64,000 nt of DNA from a virus: the IMG/VR virus record IMGVR_UViG_3300029704_000004. One strand, given 5' to 3'. The notes below the pieces were generated by a model, which had not been told where the DNA came from, did not search any database, and saw only the letters and a list, made by a program, of their open reading frames with translations. Below, piece by piece: positions 25,124 through 34,700 of the stretch. The translations under genes and the position numbers were made by a program. Positions within the stretch are counted from its first letter, which is position 1. Each line of letters opens with the position of its first letter.

Positions 25124-26842
25124 ATGAGTACAAAACAACTTTATGAAAAAACTTCTGAAGGAATGAAAGAAGTTAGTCCTCTTGTTTCTATAGAGGATAT
25201 TTATTCTAAACTTAGTGATACTCCGCTTGAAGCTCTTGTATCCCTTTTTAATCACGTAAAATGTGAGTGGAAAGGAAGTGTTTCTGATACTCGTAGAACT
25301 GTTCCATTGTTCTTACGTAGAAGTGGTTTATTTATTACTTATAATAATGGAACAAAATATATTACAGAGTTCTTTAGTGCTGGAGCTGACCAAATTACTA
25401 CAGAAGGTTGGGTAAAAGATTCTAATTGGACTTCTGTTCCTGATGAAGATTATATATCTGCTGGAGTTAAACCAGGAGTAGGAAGTATTGGTTATGAACA
25501 ACTTAATGACAACTTGAAGCAGTTATTTAGAGAGAAAGTTAACGTGACTAATTTTCCAGATGATGAAGATATTGCTTCTGTTGATAATATGCTTAAACTT
25601 AAAGATAGAGAAGTTGATGCTGCAAAATTTCAATCTAAAGGTTATGCAATTCTTAGAAAAAATTTACGTTTAGTTAATGGTGTAGTTAAGAATATTCTTA
25701 CTCAAAAAATGGTTAATGAACCCAATACTATTTATGAAATTAGGTATGATTTTGAATTAAATGAACAAGAAATTACTATTCCAGAAGGATGTACTCTTAA
25801 GTTTAATGGAGGAAATTTAACTAATGGTCTTATAATTTCCAATAAAACTAAAATTCAAAATGCACCTTATATTGACAAAACTGCTAATTTAAAAATAACG
25901 GGTAAAGTGTATGATATAAATAATAATGAAATAACTCATTATAAATGGGAAATTATTAATAGAAAATGTAAATTATATACAACTTTAATACCGTGGTGGG
26001 ATTTCTTAAATGATGTAGAAAATGCTTATAGAATTGGTGTTACTGATTTTCATATTGTATTACATATTTCATCTAATAATAATACTAATTTTGAGGTTAC
26101 AGACCCTTATTACTATTCAGATGAGCGTTTTGTGAATAAAATTTTGAAGTATAATTTAAGTACTCCTTGTCTTAAATTACACATAGATGAAGGAAAACCT
26201 TTTGGTTCAGCTCCTTATAATACTGTATCTTATATAGAAAATACAATAAATTATGTAAAAACATTAGTAAGTAAATATAGAGAATTAGGATTAAAATTTG
26301 ATAAATTTTGGGTATCAAATGAACATATTAATGTAACCTGCAACGATGATAATAATTCAGCAGATTTATGGAGAAGTTATCTTATTGATTTAAAAACATG
26401 GTTACAAACAAACTATAATATAAGTTGTTGGGCATCTTTGCAGCAACCTGTATTAGCAATGGCTTCATATAACGATATTAATATATCTGCTAATTTTTAT
26501 CCAAGGATTAGTAGCTTTGATGATAGATATTGTAGTAATGTAGATACATTGAATAATCTTGTATCTCAAATTAATACTTATATAGCATCTTGCCCTAATA
26601 ATATTTCTTATGTAATATCAGAGTGCGGTTGTAACGGAATATATAAATCATTAAGATTACCTGAAGCTTATTCTCTTAAAGGTCAAAAGCATCTTTATAT
26701 ATTTGATAAATTTTATAGTGCCATAGTTGAAGCACTTAATCAATGTCAAATTGATGAGTGGGTAATATGGTATGGAGATGCACCTAGTGGTTTAAAAGGT
26801 GCTCAAGATTTAGTTTATAACATTTTAAGGAAATTATTATGA
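25124..26842 (+). CDS. tailspike-like protein with C-terminal clan GH-A-like glycosidase signature
   Basis: KGYAILRKN...NILTQKMVNEPNTIYEIRYDFELNEQEITIPEGCTLKFNGGNL is a tailspike beta-helix entry motif. WVSNEH (Glu at 26321-26323) and VISECG (Glu at 26621-26623) lie 100 residues apart, like the acid/base and nucleophile motifs of TIM-barrel glycosidases. Confidence 0.5.
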   Translation: MSTKQLYEKTSEGMKEVSPLVSIEDIYSKLSDTPLEALVSLFNHVKCEWKGSVSDTRRTVPLFLRRSGLFITYNNGTKYITEFFSAGADQITTEGWVKDSNWTSVPDEDYISAGVKPGVGSIGYEQLNDNLKQLFREKVNVTNFPDDEDIASVDNMLKLKDREVDAAKFQSKGYAILRKNLRLVNGVVKNILTQKMVNEPNTIYEIRYDFELNEQEITIPEGCTLKFNGGNLTNGLIISNKTKIQNAPYIDKTANLKITGKVYDINNNEITHYKWEIINRKCKLYTTLIPWWDFLNDVENAYRIGVTDFHIVLHISSNNNTNFEVTDPYYYSDERFVNKILKYNLSTPCLKLHIDEGKPFGSAPYNTVSYIENTINYVKTLVSKYRELGLKFDKFWVSNEHINVTCNDDNNSADLWRSYLIDLKTWLQTNYNISCWASLQQPVLAMASYNDINISANFYPRISSFDDRYCSNVDTLNNLVSQINTYIASCPNNISYVISECGCNGIYKSLRLPEAYSLKGQKHLYIFDKFYSAIVEALNQCQIDEWVIWYGDAPSGLKGAQDLVYNILRKLL

Positions 26843-28149
26843 TAAAAAATATTAATTTATTCAGTAAGCCAGATGCAAGAAATAAGTATGGTATTATAGC
26901 GCAAATTGCGGTACCTCTACCTATTTCCATAGAACTTACTTATTACGTGAATAAAAATAGTAGTAATCCTACTCTCATTAAAGAGGAATATTCTGTTGTG
27001 CCACATCTTAACGGATGGAATCTTAATTATCTTAATTATACACCTAAAAAAGAAGATTACTCTATACATTATCATACAGAAGATGATACAGAACCAAATA
27101 TTTATTTATATTTTGGTAATGATATAACAGGTAAAAGTAATAATCAGTATTTTTATATATTATACAACTGTAAAAATAATATTATTAACAATACTTATAA
27201 TGTTACATTGAAATATGCCGATAGTTATTCCGCCGATATAGCATTAGTTTATCCTATTGGAAAAGAGTTTTGGGCTTCACAATATTCTGGAGATATACCT
27301 TTATCTATTGTAAAGGACAATTTTATAGCGAACGAAAAACTAAATATTGTTAATTCTACTACTATTGAAACATTACTTAATAATAAGAGTAATTTAAATG
27401 GTATTTATTTGCCTACTAATCAAGTAGTTTGTTTTAAGAAAGCTTTAAGAAATGACCATAATTTTCAAAATGTAAAAATTTATATTGTTAATGATAGTTA
27501 CAGGATTGAACGTGATTTGTTAGAAATAATAAAAAATGATATTACAGCTGTGAGTATTGTAGGATTAAATATTAAACCTAAAATAGAAGTCTATATATCA
27601 GATTCAGATGTTTATATAAAATCTCTTGGTTATATAATGGTGTCTATTATAATGTCTCACGCAGATTATAATATTGTTAACGATATACCCGAAGGTATTA
27701 CTCAAGTTAAGATACTTAATAGAGAAAAGGTAACAGTAGAAGAACTTTTGACTTATAGGTCACTTTTAAGATATACTTTTTTACCTTATTTGTGTGACAA
27801 TAATCTACTATATAGAGAGCACAATTATATTAAAAGTGGAACTTTTGCAGATAAACCTACTAAAGCTCCTATAGGTTTTGCTTACTTTTGTACTGATAAA
27901 CAAACAGGCGAAGGTGCAACTGATGGTATAACGATTTATTATAAAGGAAATGATATTTGGGTTGATGCTTTAGGTAGAGTGGTAGATAATAATAATTATC
28001 CTATTATTATAAAAGGTACTACGATTCAAAGACCTACTCTTACATCTACTAATGATGGTTTTGAATATTATGATACTACTCTCAAAAAGAAAATCCTTTG
28101 GAATGGTACTGCTTGGGTAAATCTTGATGGTACAGAATTAGCACAATAA
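26839..28149 (+). CDS. tail fibre / receptor-binding protein
   Basis: ATGA overlap with the upstream gene. Two tandem C-terminal tip motifs are present: GFAYFCTDKQTGEGATDGITIYYKGNDIWVDALGR (27874-27978) and GFEYYDTTLKKKILWNGTAWVNLDG (28057-28131). Confidence 0.5.
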   Translation: MIKNINLFSKPDARNKYGIIAQIAVPLPISIELTYYVNKNSSNPTLIKEEYSVVPHLNGWNLNYLNYTPKKEDYSIHYHTEDDTEPNIYLYFGNDITGKSNNQYFYILYNCKNNIINNTYNVTLKYADSYSADIALVYPIGKEFWASQYSGDIPLSIVKDNFIANEKLNIVNSTTIETLLNNKSNLNGIYLPTNQVVCFKKALRNDHNFQNVKIYIVNDSYRIERDLLEIIKNDITAVSIVGLNIKPKIEVYISDSDVYIKSLGYIMVSIIMSHADYNIVNDIPEGITQVKILNREKVTVEELLTYRSLLRYTFLPYLCDNNLLYREHNYIKSGTFADKPTKAPIGFAYFCTDKQTGEGATDGITIYYKGNDIWVDALGRVVDNNNYPIIIKGTTIQRPTLTSTNDGFEYYDTTLKKKILWNGTAWVNLDGTELAQ

Positions 28150-28151
28150 TT

Positions 28152-28478
28152 ATGGAATTAATAAATCAAATCCTTCAAACTATTATTAATAGTTTTGATG
28201 TTGCTTATTGTTTAGTAGTTAATTTACTGACTTATATTCTTATAAGTAGTATTATTAGTGTAATACATAAGCAAATTACTAGAGTTTGGAAACGTATAAT
28301 ACTATGTGTTAGTATTATTATAGTTAGTATTGCTTATATTAATTTTAGCAGTATTGATATAAGAGTTCTAATTAATAGTATTATACTTGCCCCAATAAGT
28401 TGGAGCTGGGTATTTAAACCTATTGCTAAACGAATGAATTGGGATTATAAAGATTTTGATAACAAATTAAATAATTAA
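28152..28478 (+). CDS. three-TM small membrane protein (holin-like topology)
   Basis: Three hydrophobic segments and a charged C-terminus (NWDYKDFDNKLNN). The function is inferred from topology only. Confidence 0.4.
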   Translation: MELINQILQTIINSFDVAYCLVVNLLTYILISSIISVIHKQITRVWKRIILCVSIIIVSIAYINFSSIDIRVLINSIILAPISWSWVFKPIAKRMNWDYKDFDNKLNN

Positions 28479-28481
28479 GTT

Positions 28482-28835
28482 ATGGATATAAATAAAATTT
28501 ATAATGCTTTGCAAAGTCTTCCTTTGAGTGTTGACCAAAAGAACACTTTATATAATGCTTTATTTGAAGGAAGTAATGATAATATTGAGGAACAATTAAA
28601 TCAACTTAAAAATCAAATAAACAATCTTAACGTTGATGATAAGATAGCAGAATTAAAGAATCAAATAAATGGTATTAAAATTCCAACTAATGCTACTAAA
28701 GAAGTTGCAGGTACAGTAAAAGCAATAAGTAATATTGTAAATATTGATGTTGAAACTGCTACTGTTGAAACAGTAGTTGGAGTAATTAATACTTTGCTTG
28801 TTAATCTTAGAACTGCTGGAATTATTCAAATGTAA
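28482..28835 (+). CDS. coiled-coil hypothetical protein (117 aa)
   Basis: Heptad-like segment EEQLNQLKNQINNLNVDDKIAELKNQING. Confidence 0.55.
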   Translation: MDINKIYNALQSLPLSVDQKNTLYNALFEGSNDNIEEQLNQLKNQINNLNVDDKIAELKNQINGIKIPTNATKEVAGTVKAISNIVNIDVETATVETVVGVINTLLVNLRTAGIIQM

Positions 28836-28867
28836 CTCTGTAACTACTAGATACGTTTGTGTCCGTG

Positions 28868-28900
28868 CCCCTAATGCTAGTAATAGTGTTAGGGGTTTTT
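28868..28900 (+). terminator. rho-independent terminator
   Basis: CCCCTAA-(14 nt)-TTAGGGG followed by T5, 33 nt after stop 28835. Confidence 0.75.
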
Positions 28901-29112
28901 CATATCCTGGAGTTACTAAAGATATTAATAATATAATTAACAATAATACTTCTAATCATAATCGAATTTCTATTACGCATTTGCTTGCGTTCTCCCAACA
29001 TCATGTGTATCAGTCGATTAATCAATCACAACCGCCGTCCGACACGATTTGTGTGCGCACACAGTGGCATATACGTGGGCGTTTGGGATTTGGATAACTG
29101 TCTGAAAATGAT

Positions 29113-29120
29113 TATATTTG
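29113..29120 (+). promoter_or_regulatory. Bacteroidota-type -7 promoter box
   Basis: TATATTTG followed by CA, 23 nt upstream of ATG 29143. Confidence 0.55.
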
Positions 29121-29142
29121 CATGCGTAAGGAATAGGAATTT

Positions 29143-29289
29143 ATGTTAAATAGATTGATAATTGAATTACTTGGTATTGATAGGCTTAGACATGATGTTC
29201 CTTACAATAGAGTTAATAATGTAACAATTAAAGTTATGAGTAGTAAACAAATTAATAGAATTAGACTTCCAACTTGTGAAGTTGAATAA
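29143..29289 (+). CDS. small ORF (48 aa)
   Basis: MLNRLIIELLGIDRLRHD... is the first ORF after the promoter box. It is below the ORF-track length cutoff. Confidence 0.35.
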   Translation: MLNRLIIELLGIDRLRHDVPYNRVNNVTIKVMSSKQINRIRLPTCEVE

Positions 29290-29310
29290 GATGTAGTTAA
29301 TATACTTATT

Positions 29311-29336
29311 CTAGCCGCCCCGTAAAGGATATGTAG
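29311..29336 (-). repeat. GC-rich dispersed repeat, copy J (left arm of a doublet)
   Basis: The + strand reads CTAGCCGCCCCGTAAAGGATATGTAG and starts 22 nt after stop 29289. Confidence 0.9.
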
Positions 29337-29378
29337 ATTTAAATAACGTTCCAATAATTATTTGCTAAAATTCCATGA

Positions 29379-29402
29379 TTACATACCTTTTACGGGGCGG
29401 CT
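29379..29402 (+). repeat. GC-rich dispersed repeat, copy K (right arm of a doublet)
   Basis: TTACATACCTTTTACGGGGCGGCT. TTTACGGGGCGGCT (29389-29402) is the exact reverse complement of AGCCGCCCCGTAAA (29313-29326). Pairing extends through GG/CC and TATGTA/TACATA. Confidence 0.9.
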
Positions 29403-29430
29403 TTAAACGTTTAATGATTTACATATTGAT

Positions 29431-30120
29431 ATGAGTAGTATTGCACAATTAGTTAGCGAAATAGCTCATAGTTATGGTCAACCTAATAATCATTCTCTAA
29501 GAGAAAAGATTAGAAGTGTAATAATTCATACTAGAGCTGAAATTATTAGAAGAAGTTATGAAAATCATAACTATGTAGATAAACTACTTACTCAAAGATT
29601 TAAAGTTACTTTGACTAGTGTAGTTGATGGAGATTTTGAACTTCCAGAAGAACTTCAAGACATTCCAATAGATAAAATTAAAAGAACTAATCAAAAGGTT
29701 CCAAGACCTATTAGACTTACTAATAATCTTCCTTTTGATAGAGTTAGTACAGCAGGTTATCGTACCAATAGAGAACTTCCTTATATTAAAGAAACTACTG
29801 CTAGATTTCGTGGAAGTGTTCCAGGTTTATGTGGGGCTATTGCTTATGATTATATTAATGAATATATTTATTTATTTCCTCCTGCTAACGATAAGCCTAT
29901 TAATATAGGTGCTATAGTAATAGAATCAAGTTTTGAACAACCAAATCAAATTGCTGATATTAATGGTGAAATTACATTCGAGAATAAAATCTATGATGAT
30001 AACGAATGGTTACTTAGTGAAGATATGGTTGGTCAAATTAAAGATATAATATTTAAAAGGGATTTACTAAATCAAAAACATGAAACTGATGAAATCCCTA
30101 GTACAATAAAATATGATTAA
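29431..30120 (+). CDS. tail-operon protein of unknown function (229 aa)
   Basis: First long gene of the 29.4-40.7 kb operon. No motif recognised. Confidence 0.6.
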   Translation: MSSIAQLVSEIAHSYGQPNNHSLREKIRSVIIHTRAEIIRRSYENHNYVDKLLTQRFKVTLTSVVDGDFELPEELQDIPIDKIKRTNQKVPRPIRLTNNLPFDRVSTAGYRTNRELPYIKETTARFRGSVPGLCGAIAYDYINEYIYLFPPANDKPINIGAIVIESSFEQPNQIADINGEITFENKIYDDNEWLLSEDMVGQIKDIIFKRDLLNQKHETDEIPSTIKYD

Positions 30121-30122
30121 TT

Positions 30123-31070
30123 ATGCCGATAAAAGTAAAGAAGTCTATAAATGTTCCTCAATACTATAAAGATTTTATTGAAGAAAACAAAATTAAACGT
30201 GAACGTGCAAGAATAACTGTAGATGAATTAACTGCTACTATTGCTTCTAAACGTTCTGCTATTGTTCCTGATGTAGATAAATTTAAATATCCAGTAATAG
30301 ATTATCCTGAGTTTCAACAAAATAAATATATTAATGGTCGTCTTGAAAATGCAGCTAAAGGTATGTTTGAAGACGAACGTAAAGACCCAGAGATGAAACA
30401 TCTATGTTTTAGACTTGTTGGATATGCTGTAGATTTGAGGAAGATTTATGAAGAAACAGAAAAGATTAGACTTTATGATAAGATGATTAATCTTTCTTTA
30501 AAAGAGTATAAGCGTATAGTTAAAATTTACTATAATGCTGTAGAAAGAGAATTGATTCTTAAAGGAAATGGTTATCGTCTTGAAGATAAACTTGGTTGGA
30601 TTTGTATCAATCGAGTACTTAATACTGGAGCTAAAGTTTGTGATTTTGAAGCAACTAGAAAAAATAAGAAAAGACTTATTGCTGAAGGTAAACAAATTTA
30701 CAATAAAGATGATGCTGAGTATTGTAGAGAACATGGTATTGAATACGATGCTATTGATGCTACTGTTTACAAAGCTGATGAAGTTTGGTATGAATATTGT
30801 TTATTAGGTTCTAAAGTGCAAGGTCGTACTTTGTGTTTTAAAGCTATTGATACTAAAGATATTAAACTTAGACCATATTCTAATGAAGAACTTCTTAAAC
30901 TAACAAATAATGATGTAAATAAAATTATGGATTTAGATGTTTCTATGAAACACAAATTCGTTTTATGTACTCAAGCAGATAAAACATTATATACTAAATT
31001 TATTAGAAATGAAGAACAAAAAAAGAGTCTCTATGGGACGTATAGTAGGAAAGGTAGACAACGACTTTAA
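30123..31070 (+). CDS. tail-operon protein of unknown function (315 aa)
   Basis: Clean ORF that starts 3 nt after the upstream stop. Confidence 0.6.
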   Translation: MPIKVKKSINVPQYYKDFIEENKIKRERARITVDELTATIASKRSAIVPDVDKFKYPVIDYPEFQQNKYINGRLENAAKGMFEDERKDPEMKHLCFRLVGYAVDLRKIYEETEKIRLYDKMINLSLKEYKRIVKIYYNAVERELILKGNGYRLEDKLGWICINRVLNTGAKVCDFEATRKNKKRLIAEGKQIYNKDDAEYCREHGIEYDAIDATVYKADEVWYEYCLLGSKVQGRTLCFKAIDTKDIKLRPYSNEELLKLTNNDVNKIMDLDVSMKHKFVLCTQADKTLYTKFIRNEEQKKSLYGTYSRKGRQRL

Positions 31071-31755
31071 TCTAAGTGAAAGTGATTGGATTCCTCGTGC
31101 TGCTGCTTGGATAATAGATGCACTTAGTCAAATGAAGTGCCTTCCTACTGAACTTAAAACTCGTAAGGTTGAAGTTAGTGGAAGAATAGCTATTTTTCCT
31201 TGTCAATTAGATACTAGTGAGCTTAAAGTGTATGACCGTAATGGTTGTGAAATAAAAGAAGCTGGAGTTAATATTCCTTGTTGTGGAAATGTTAATTCAG
31301 CTTCTTCTGTCGTTAAAGAGATTGCTGTTATTGATGATAGTAATAAAACCGGAGTAGACTTTATGAAAGTTGGAACTATTATCAATGGTGACAATAGAAA
31401 TTATGTAGTAACAGATTGTAATCATATTGAATTAAATTTTGATACTGATTATATTGTTATTACAAGTCGCGAAGTTAAAACGTATTATGATGAATACTAT
31501 GATTGCAATGTTCCTTATGTTTACGATAATGGTCTTCTGCTGGAAGCTTTAAGTTATTATATACTTTATAAGTATTTGAGTAGAGGAAGTAAACATCAAG
31601 TTTATAGTTTAGCAAGTAATAGTCCTGTTACAAATCCATATCTCCAATGGAAAGAATTAAAGAGTAAAGCTATTGCTTCTGTTCGTAATGATATTTATAG
31701 TGATGAAGGTTGGAGAAACTTCTTCTATAATTCAACGTTTGACCCAAGAAGATAA
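31009..31755 (+). CDS. tail-operon protein of unknown function (~240 aa)
   Basis: The start is uncertain (ATG 31009 or 31033). Either start overlaps the upstream gene, by 62 or 38 nt. Confidence 0.55.
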   Translation: MKNKKRVSMGRIVGKVDNDFNLSESDWIPRAAAWIIDALSQMKCLPTELKTRKVEVSGRIAIFPCQLDTSELKVYDRNGCEIKEAGVNIPCCGNVNSASSVVKEIAVIDDSNKTGVDFMKVGTIINGDNRNYVVTDCNHIELNFDTDYIVITSREVKTYYDEYYDCNVPYVYDNGLLLEALSYYILYKYLSRGSKHQVYSLASNSPVTNPYLQWKELKSKAIASVRNDIYSDEGWRNFFYNSTFDPRR

Positions 31756-31757
31756 TT

Positions 31758-34700
31758 ATGGAAATAGTACCAAAACTTGATTTAAATAGAAATCCAAAAG
31801 AAGTTAAGTGTGGTAGTTTAATTGCTGCTAAAAATGTTATGACTGATGATAGTGGTAGTTATTTTACTAATGAATACGGATTTGGAGTTTCTTTTGAAAC
31901 AGACACGGATGATGAAGATTTAGATACTTCTAATCATCCTAGTGAATATATAGTTGGCGTAATTCCATGTAATAAAGAAATTGTGATATTTACGTATTCT
32001 GCTTATGAAGAAAAAGCTAGAATTTATCGTAAACCTGATGAAGGTAAAGCTTATGAAGTTTCTACAAATTGGGAATATCATGGCGGAAAGATTACTGGTA
32101 GTTATACTTACAACTATAAAGGTGAATTAATAATTGTAGTAGCCGAAAGTGATGCTGTTGATTTGAATAATAATAAAATTTATGTTCCTCTTAAAACTTG
32201 GAATTTAAATACAGGTTCTACTGGTCTCGAACATGGTATTGAAGAAAGTATTCCAAAAGCTAAAGTTAATTATGATATTACTAATGGTTCTCTTAATTGT
32301 GGAGTTTATACTTTCTTTATTCGTTATCAGATTGACGATTACAATTATACAAAATGGTTCCAAATTACTGATGATATTATTATTATAAACGATGAAGGAA
32401 AAGATGTTCCTATTCATAATTTTCTTGATAGTAAATCTGCTCTTACTCGTTACAATACTGACGGTAATGGTAATCCTACTACAGAATTTGAACCTTTCTT
32501 AGTAAACGGTAATGATAAATCTAATAAAGGAGTTTACTTTACTCTTGATATAGATAAGAGTTATAAATTTACTAAATATCAAATAGGTTATATTGTTAAG
32601 CATAATGATGCTGTTGATGGTAGAATATTTAATACTTATTCTATTGATATAACTTCTTTAATGTTTAATACTAATACTTATATTGAAGAAGAAAGTGTTG
32701 ATGAAATGCTTCGTGAACCAGTTCAACTTTATGATGTTAAGAATGTAATTAATTACAATAATAGAATTTATGTATCTAATTATAATGAAAACCTTAATGA
32801 AGATTTAACTGGTAATAATAAAAATGTTCATGTTGATATTGAAACTAAAAACATTTCTGATTATAGCAAATCAGTTGTTACTACTAAACAGTTGATTATT
32901 ACAACTAATTTTGCTATTGGAAATTCTACTTCTGTAAATGATGTTTGGGCTGCTGATAAATATACTATTAGTAAAAACGAAGACTTAATAGAATATGTTA
33001 TTAAACCAGAATATATAACAGAGTTTATTAGAAAGTTCTTTACTTCTGCAATTAAAGTATTTGGTTATGGAAGTACTATTAGTATTGACCATGACAATAT
33101 TGAGAACCTTCCTAATAATCCTAAGAATGAACCTTATATGACTAGAAGTAGATTCTCTTTATATATAGGTATTATTAGTGAAGGCACAAGTCAACAAGTT
33201 GCTATTTATGATTCTCATAGTCAGAAAGCTATTAATATAGATAGTATAGTTATTCGTAATGGTTATATTGTAATAACTATTAAAGGAAACAAATATCTAA
33301 TGAATAAGAGTACTGATTTTCAAGTTTTAATTGAACAGGATTTATTCTTTAGAAATGGTTCTACTATAACTCAACGTGCTTTTTATAATCAACCGTTACT
33401 TCATAATCCTCCATATACTTATACTATGGGATATGGAATGAATAGTTCTGCTTATGAAGCTACTACTATTAGTTCTAATAATCATACTTCTCCATTTAAT
33501 AATTTTAGAAGTTTAATTCCTGGTCAGATTTATAGTTTCTATATTCATTATATTAGAAAAGATGGTTCTGCTACTAATGGATTTATAGTTCAAAATGAAG
33601 TTGACGAAAAAAGTAATCAATCTATTTCAGACAAAGAAGCTGATACTGGAGCTAAGTTTGACGTAGTAGTAAATAATGTTGGTAATAAGCTTTTTAGAGT
33701 TCCTACTGTAGCTAACGATAATATACTTATATTTCCAAGATTTAAAGTTGATGTAATTCCTTCTAATTATATTGGATGGTTTGGTTCTTATGAGAAAGTT
33801 GAGGATATGGCTTATCCTTGTACAATTATTAATGGAGAATTAAATGGACATAGATTTACTGTTACTAATACAAACTTTGAGTATAAAGAAGATTCTATTC
33901 AAGGAAATAAATATTTCTTTATTAAATCTGATGAAATAGGAGATAATAATACTGAAAGTTTAACTAGTCATGTTAAACCTACTATTCATCCTAATATTTC
34001 TTTTGGAATTGTTCCTAAAGGTAATGTTGGCGATAAAATTGTAGTTTATAATGATAATAAAGATGTTTATAATAAATCTGTTAAAACTCTTTATAGAGTA
34101 ACAGATAATAATTATGAAACTGGATATAGCAAAGATAATCATAAATATACTCCTAGTTTTTATAATCAAGATAAGATAGTTACTTATAATAAAGAAATCA
34201 TTGCTAATCCTACTGCTTCATTTGTTTTAAATACTAATTCTCAAAAGTTGAACGGATATACTATTAGTATGGATGATAGTTATAGCTATAATAAATATCC
34301 TACTAATGCCTATTCTATTAAACAAGATTATAATGAAGGAGCAGTTTCTTTGACTAATGAAGAAGGTAAGTCTTTAGGAGTTTATTATAATAAAGTTCTT
34401 AGTCCTGACAGACTTAGAGATTTTCTCGAATTAAAGGAATGTTATAAGTCTGCTCCATTAAAGAGTTATACTAATTACAGTAAAGACTATATTGATTCTT
34501 TTGATAAGACTATTCGTAGAAGTGATGTAATTTCTGATGAAAGTCTTGTTAATGGTTTTAAGAATTTCAATGTTGAACAATATAAAATCATAACTGAAAA
34601 TAAAGGTAGTATTACTAATATTGTAGGTATTGGTCTTTATATGTTAGTTCATACTCAATATAGTTTATTTGTATTTGATAGAACTCCAAAACTTACACAA

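Noticed and set aside
28980-28990. 11-mer TTTGCTTGCGT shared between 28980-28990 and 50310-50320.
   Set aside because: With about 2 x 10^9 position pairs in 64 kb and 4^11 possible 11-mers, many exact 11-mer matches are expected by chance. The surrounding sequence does not align colinearly.
28798-29097. 99-aa + strand ORF spanning the end of gene 28482-28835 and the following intergenic region.
   Set aside because: It runs straight through a clear hairpin plus T5 terminator (28868-28900) and GC-elevated non-coding sequence. It starts inside the upstream gene in another frame. It is most likely spurious.
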